Below, in pieces: positions 62,441-64,000 of a DNA stretch of 64,000 bases (positions within the stretch are counted from its first letter, which is position 1; every line of letters begins with the position of its first letter). This DNA is from Dipteris shenzhenensis (taxonomy: Eukaryota), in assembly GCA_047967505.1 (NCBI GenBank), contig CM106538.1. The stretch is one strand, 5' to 3'. The notes under the pieces are model-generated. The model was not told where the DNA came from and ran no database searches. It saw only the letters and a program-made list of their open reading frames with translations. The position numbers and the translations under genes are program-made.

Positions 62441-63099
62441 GGCATCCCACCCCAACCAAGCTGCTATGGTTTGTCTTGATTGATTTTGGGGGGAAAAAAT
62501 GGACACCGAGGCAAGGAGGCAAATTTTGGACAGTGAGGCAAATTGGAGTGCGGACCTCTATGGACTCCTTGAAGAGGGGTGTCAAATCAGGAGAACCTTT
62601 GAGGATGAGTGGAGTGGGTGTCAAATTGATGAGTGGCAAGGGAGGAGGGACTTGGGAGGTTGGAGAGTGACCAATTGTCAAGAAAAGTTTTTTTACATGA
62701 CTAGCCTAGAGTAATTTTAAGCTATTCGAGTTGATATTGAGCCACTTGTCATGATTTTAGTGGGTATTTAAGAAGCCAATAAAATATGATTTTGCATCTA
62801 TGAAAAGAACAAACTCAAAAATTCTATGAAAAACACAAACGTAGAAAGTTCTCGAAAAGCAAAGCTCTATAAAATACCACTTCGCTAAAAGTAATAGTGT
62901 AGTGACAAAGCTATGGATCCAAGTGAGAGTGACAAGGATGACTATTACGGATTCGAAGCTAATAAAGACCAGTAGCACCTGTTGATTCAAATTGTAGCTA
63001 TTCTTTTGCCTGCTTATTTCCTAGGAGACTTTGACGTAGCTATTGCTTGCTTTGGTTTATTAGTCCATTCCGAAAGTAGAAAAATCAGTCTCGTGATGG

Positions 63100-63684
63100 T
63101 ATCATTTTTGTCCCTCCTTCACCTTGGCCTCACCCAAAATCAATTTTCCCTGGTCCTTTGAGCTTGACCTTTCCACAATGATCTCAATGGAATCATCCCC
63201 ACTTCATTGGTAGCTTTGCACTCTCATACGTGACCAGACCTCTCAAGTAACAATCTGAGCAGTGAAGCATCTGCTCTCATGAACTCTGCCTTTCTATGCT
63301 ACTTCAACTTTCCTATAATGATAGGACTAGCTGTATGCCTCCTAACCTTTCAAAGAAGTTTGGGCCGAAATCATTTGAAGGGTTGTGCAAGCCTTTTGCA
63401 TGCTGCTATAGTTCATAATCAGTCAAGGCATTCCAAATCAAAGATGTACGCATCCATTATAGTTGGTGTGATTGTCAGAACTGCTATGATGCTATTGGGT
63501 TTGCTCGTAGCAACTTTATCGTGTAGGAGGAAAGCTACATTTGTTGCAAAGAAGGTTCCCATGGAGGAGAAATATGTCTCTGCTTCATTATCTTTTGAGA
63601 CAGCTTATGGTATGTGGTTGGCTAACATCAAATATTTGGCCTTCGTTCCAGTGGTGATATTTGAAAAGCCTTTATGGAACCTGG
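63100..63684 (+). pseudogene. LRR receptor-like kinase fragment (last LRRs, TM, juxtamembrane; At2g24230/At5g58150-like), kinase domain absent
   Basis: HNDLNGIIPTSLVAL...DLSSNNLS with stops. TM segment IIVGVIVRTAMMLLGLLVATL followed by RRK. Juxtamembrane SASLSFET...WLANIK...VPVVIFEKPLWNL resembles the family motif SGPFSFQTD..WVADVK..VPVVIFEKPLLN recalled from memory. Confidence 0.75.
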
Positions 63685-63907
63685 GAGATGCAATTGAAGC
63701 ATTGGAGAAGGTGGAGTCACCATGGCATTGATGAGGTTGGAACTGAGGGAGGGGATGAGGAGTTGAAGTGGTATAGGTGGGAGGAGGAAGAGAGGTTGAG
63801 GGAGAGGAGGAGGGACTCATAGGGTTTGGTTGAAGGAGCCATGGAGTTGAAGGGGAGAGGACTGGTTGGTGCATTGGGCATGAGCTATGAGAGGAAAGAA
63901 GAAGAGT

Positions 63908-63939
63908 GGAGGAGGAGGAGGAGGAGGAGGAGGAGGAGG
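63908..63939. repeat. (GGA)n microsatellite
   Basis: Read directly from the sequence. Confidence 0.9.
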
Positions 63940-64000
63940 GAGGAGCAGAAGGACGTCATGGTGGAGGACGAAGAGCAGCCCATGATTTCAGTATGCGAGT

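Noticed and set aside
62476-62670. LINE RT-like motif LKRGVKSGEPL on plus
   Set aside because: A single short motif with no flanking RT motifs, on the opposite strand to the adjacent LINE.
1-64000. tRNA or rRNA genes, or a prokaryote-like horizontally acquired system
   Set aside because: Only PBS-length tRNA complements were seen. No operon-like intact ORFs are present. A covariance-model scan was not possible.

Overview
This is plant nuclear DNA, probably from a large-genome seed-free vascular plant (inferred from element style only, low confidence). About 45 kb is a nest of decayed retrotransposons. It starts with a minus-strand Athila-like Gypsy (1-4062). Next is a plus-strand Copia (5501-15182) interrupted by a young TRIM-like element (7141-8553) and by a complete minus-strand Copia with a GAAGA target-site duplication (8805-14357). 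A probable non-autonomous minus-strand element follows (15183-19870). Then comes a ~21 kb Athila-like Gypsy (19871-40888) that carries a ~300 bp fold-back of gag, a long decayed extra ORF after pol, and a second copy of the same Copia family (33733-38944). L1 LINE and Copia remnants follow. One apparently intact host gene is present: a 7-exon R3H-domain protein (49014-50681) with G-box/ABRE motifs upstream in a CpG-rich island. The right end holds tandem repeats, LINE fragments and an LRR-RLK pseudogene fragment. I see no demonstrably new biological system. The best leads are the gag hairpin, the chimeric TRIM and the extra Athila ORF. All alignments and mismatch counts were done by eye.
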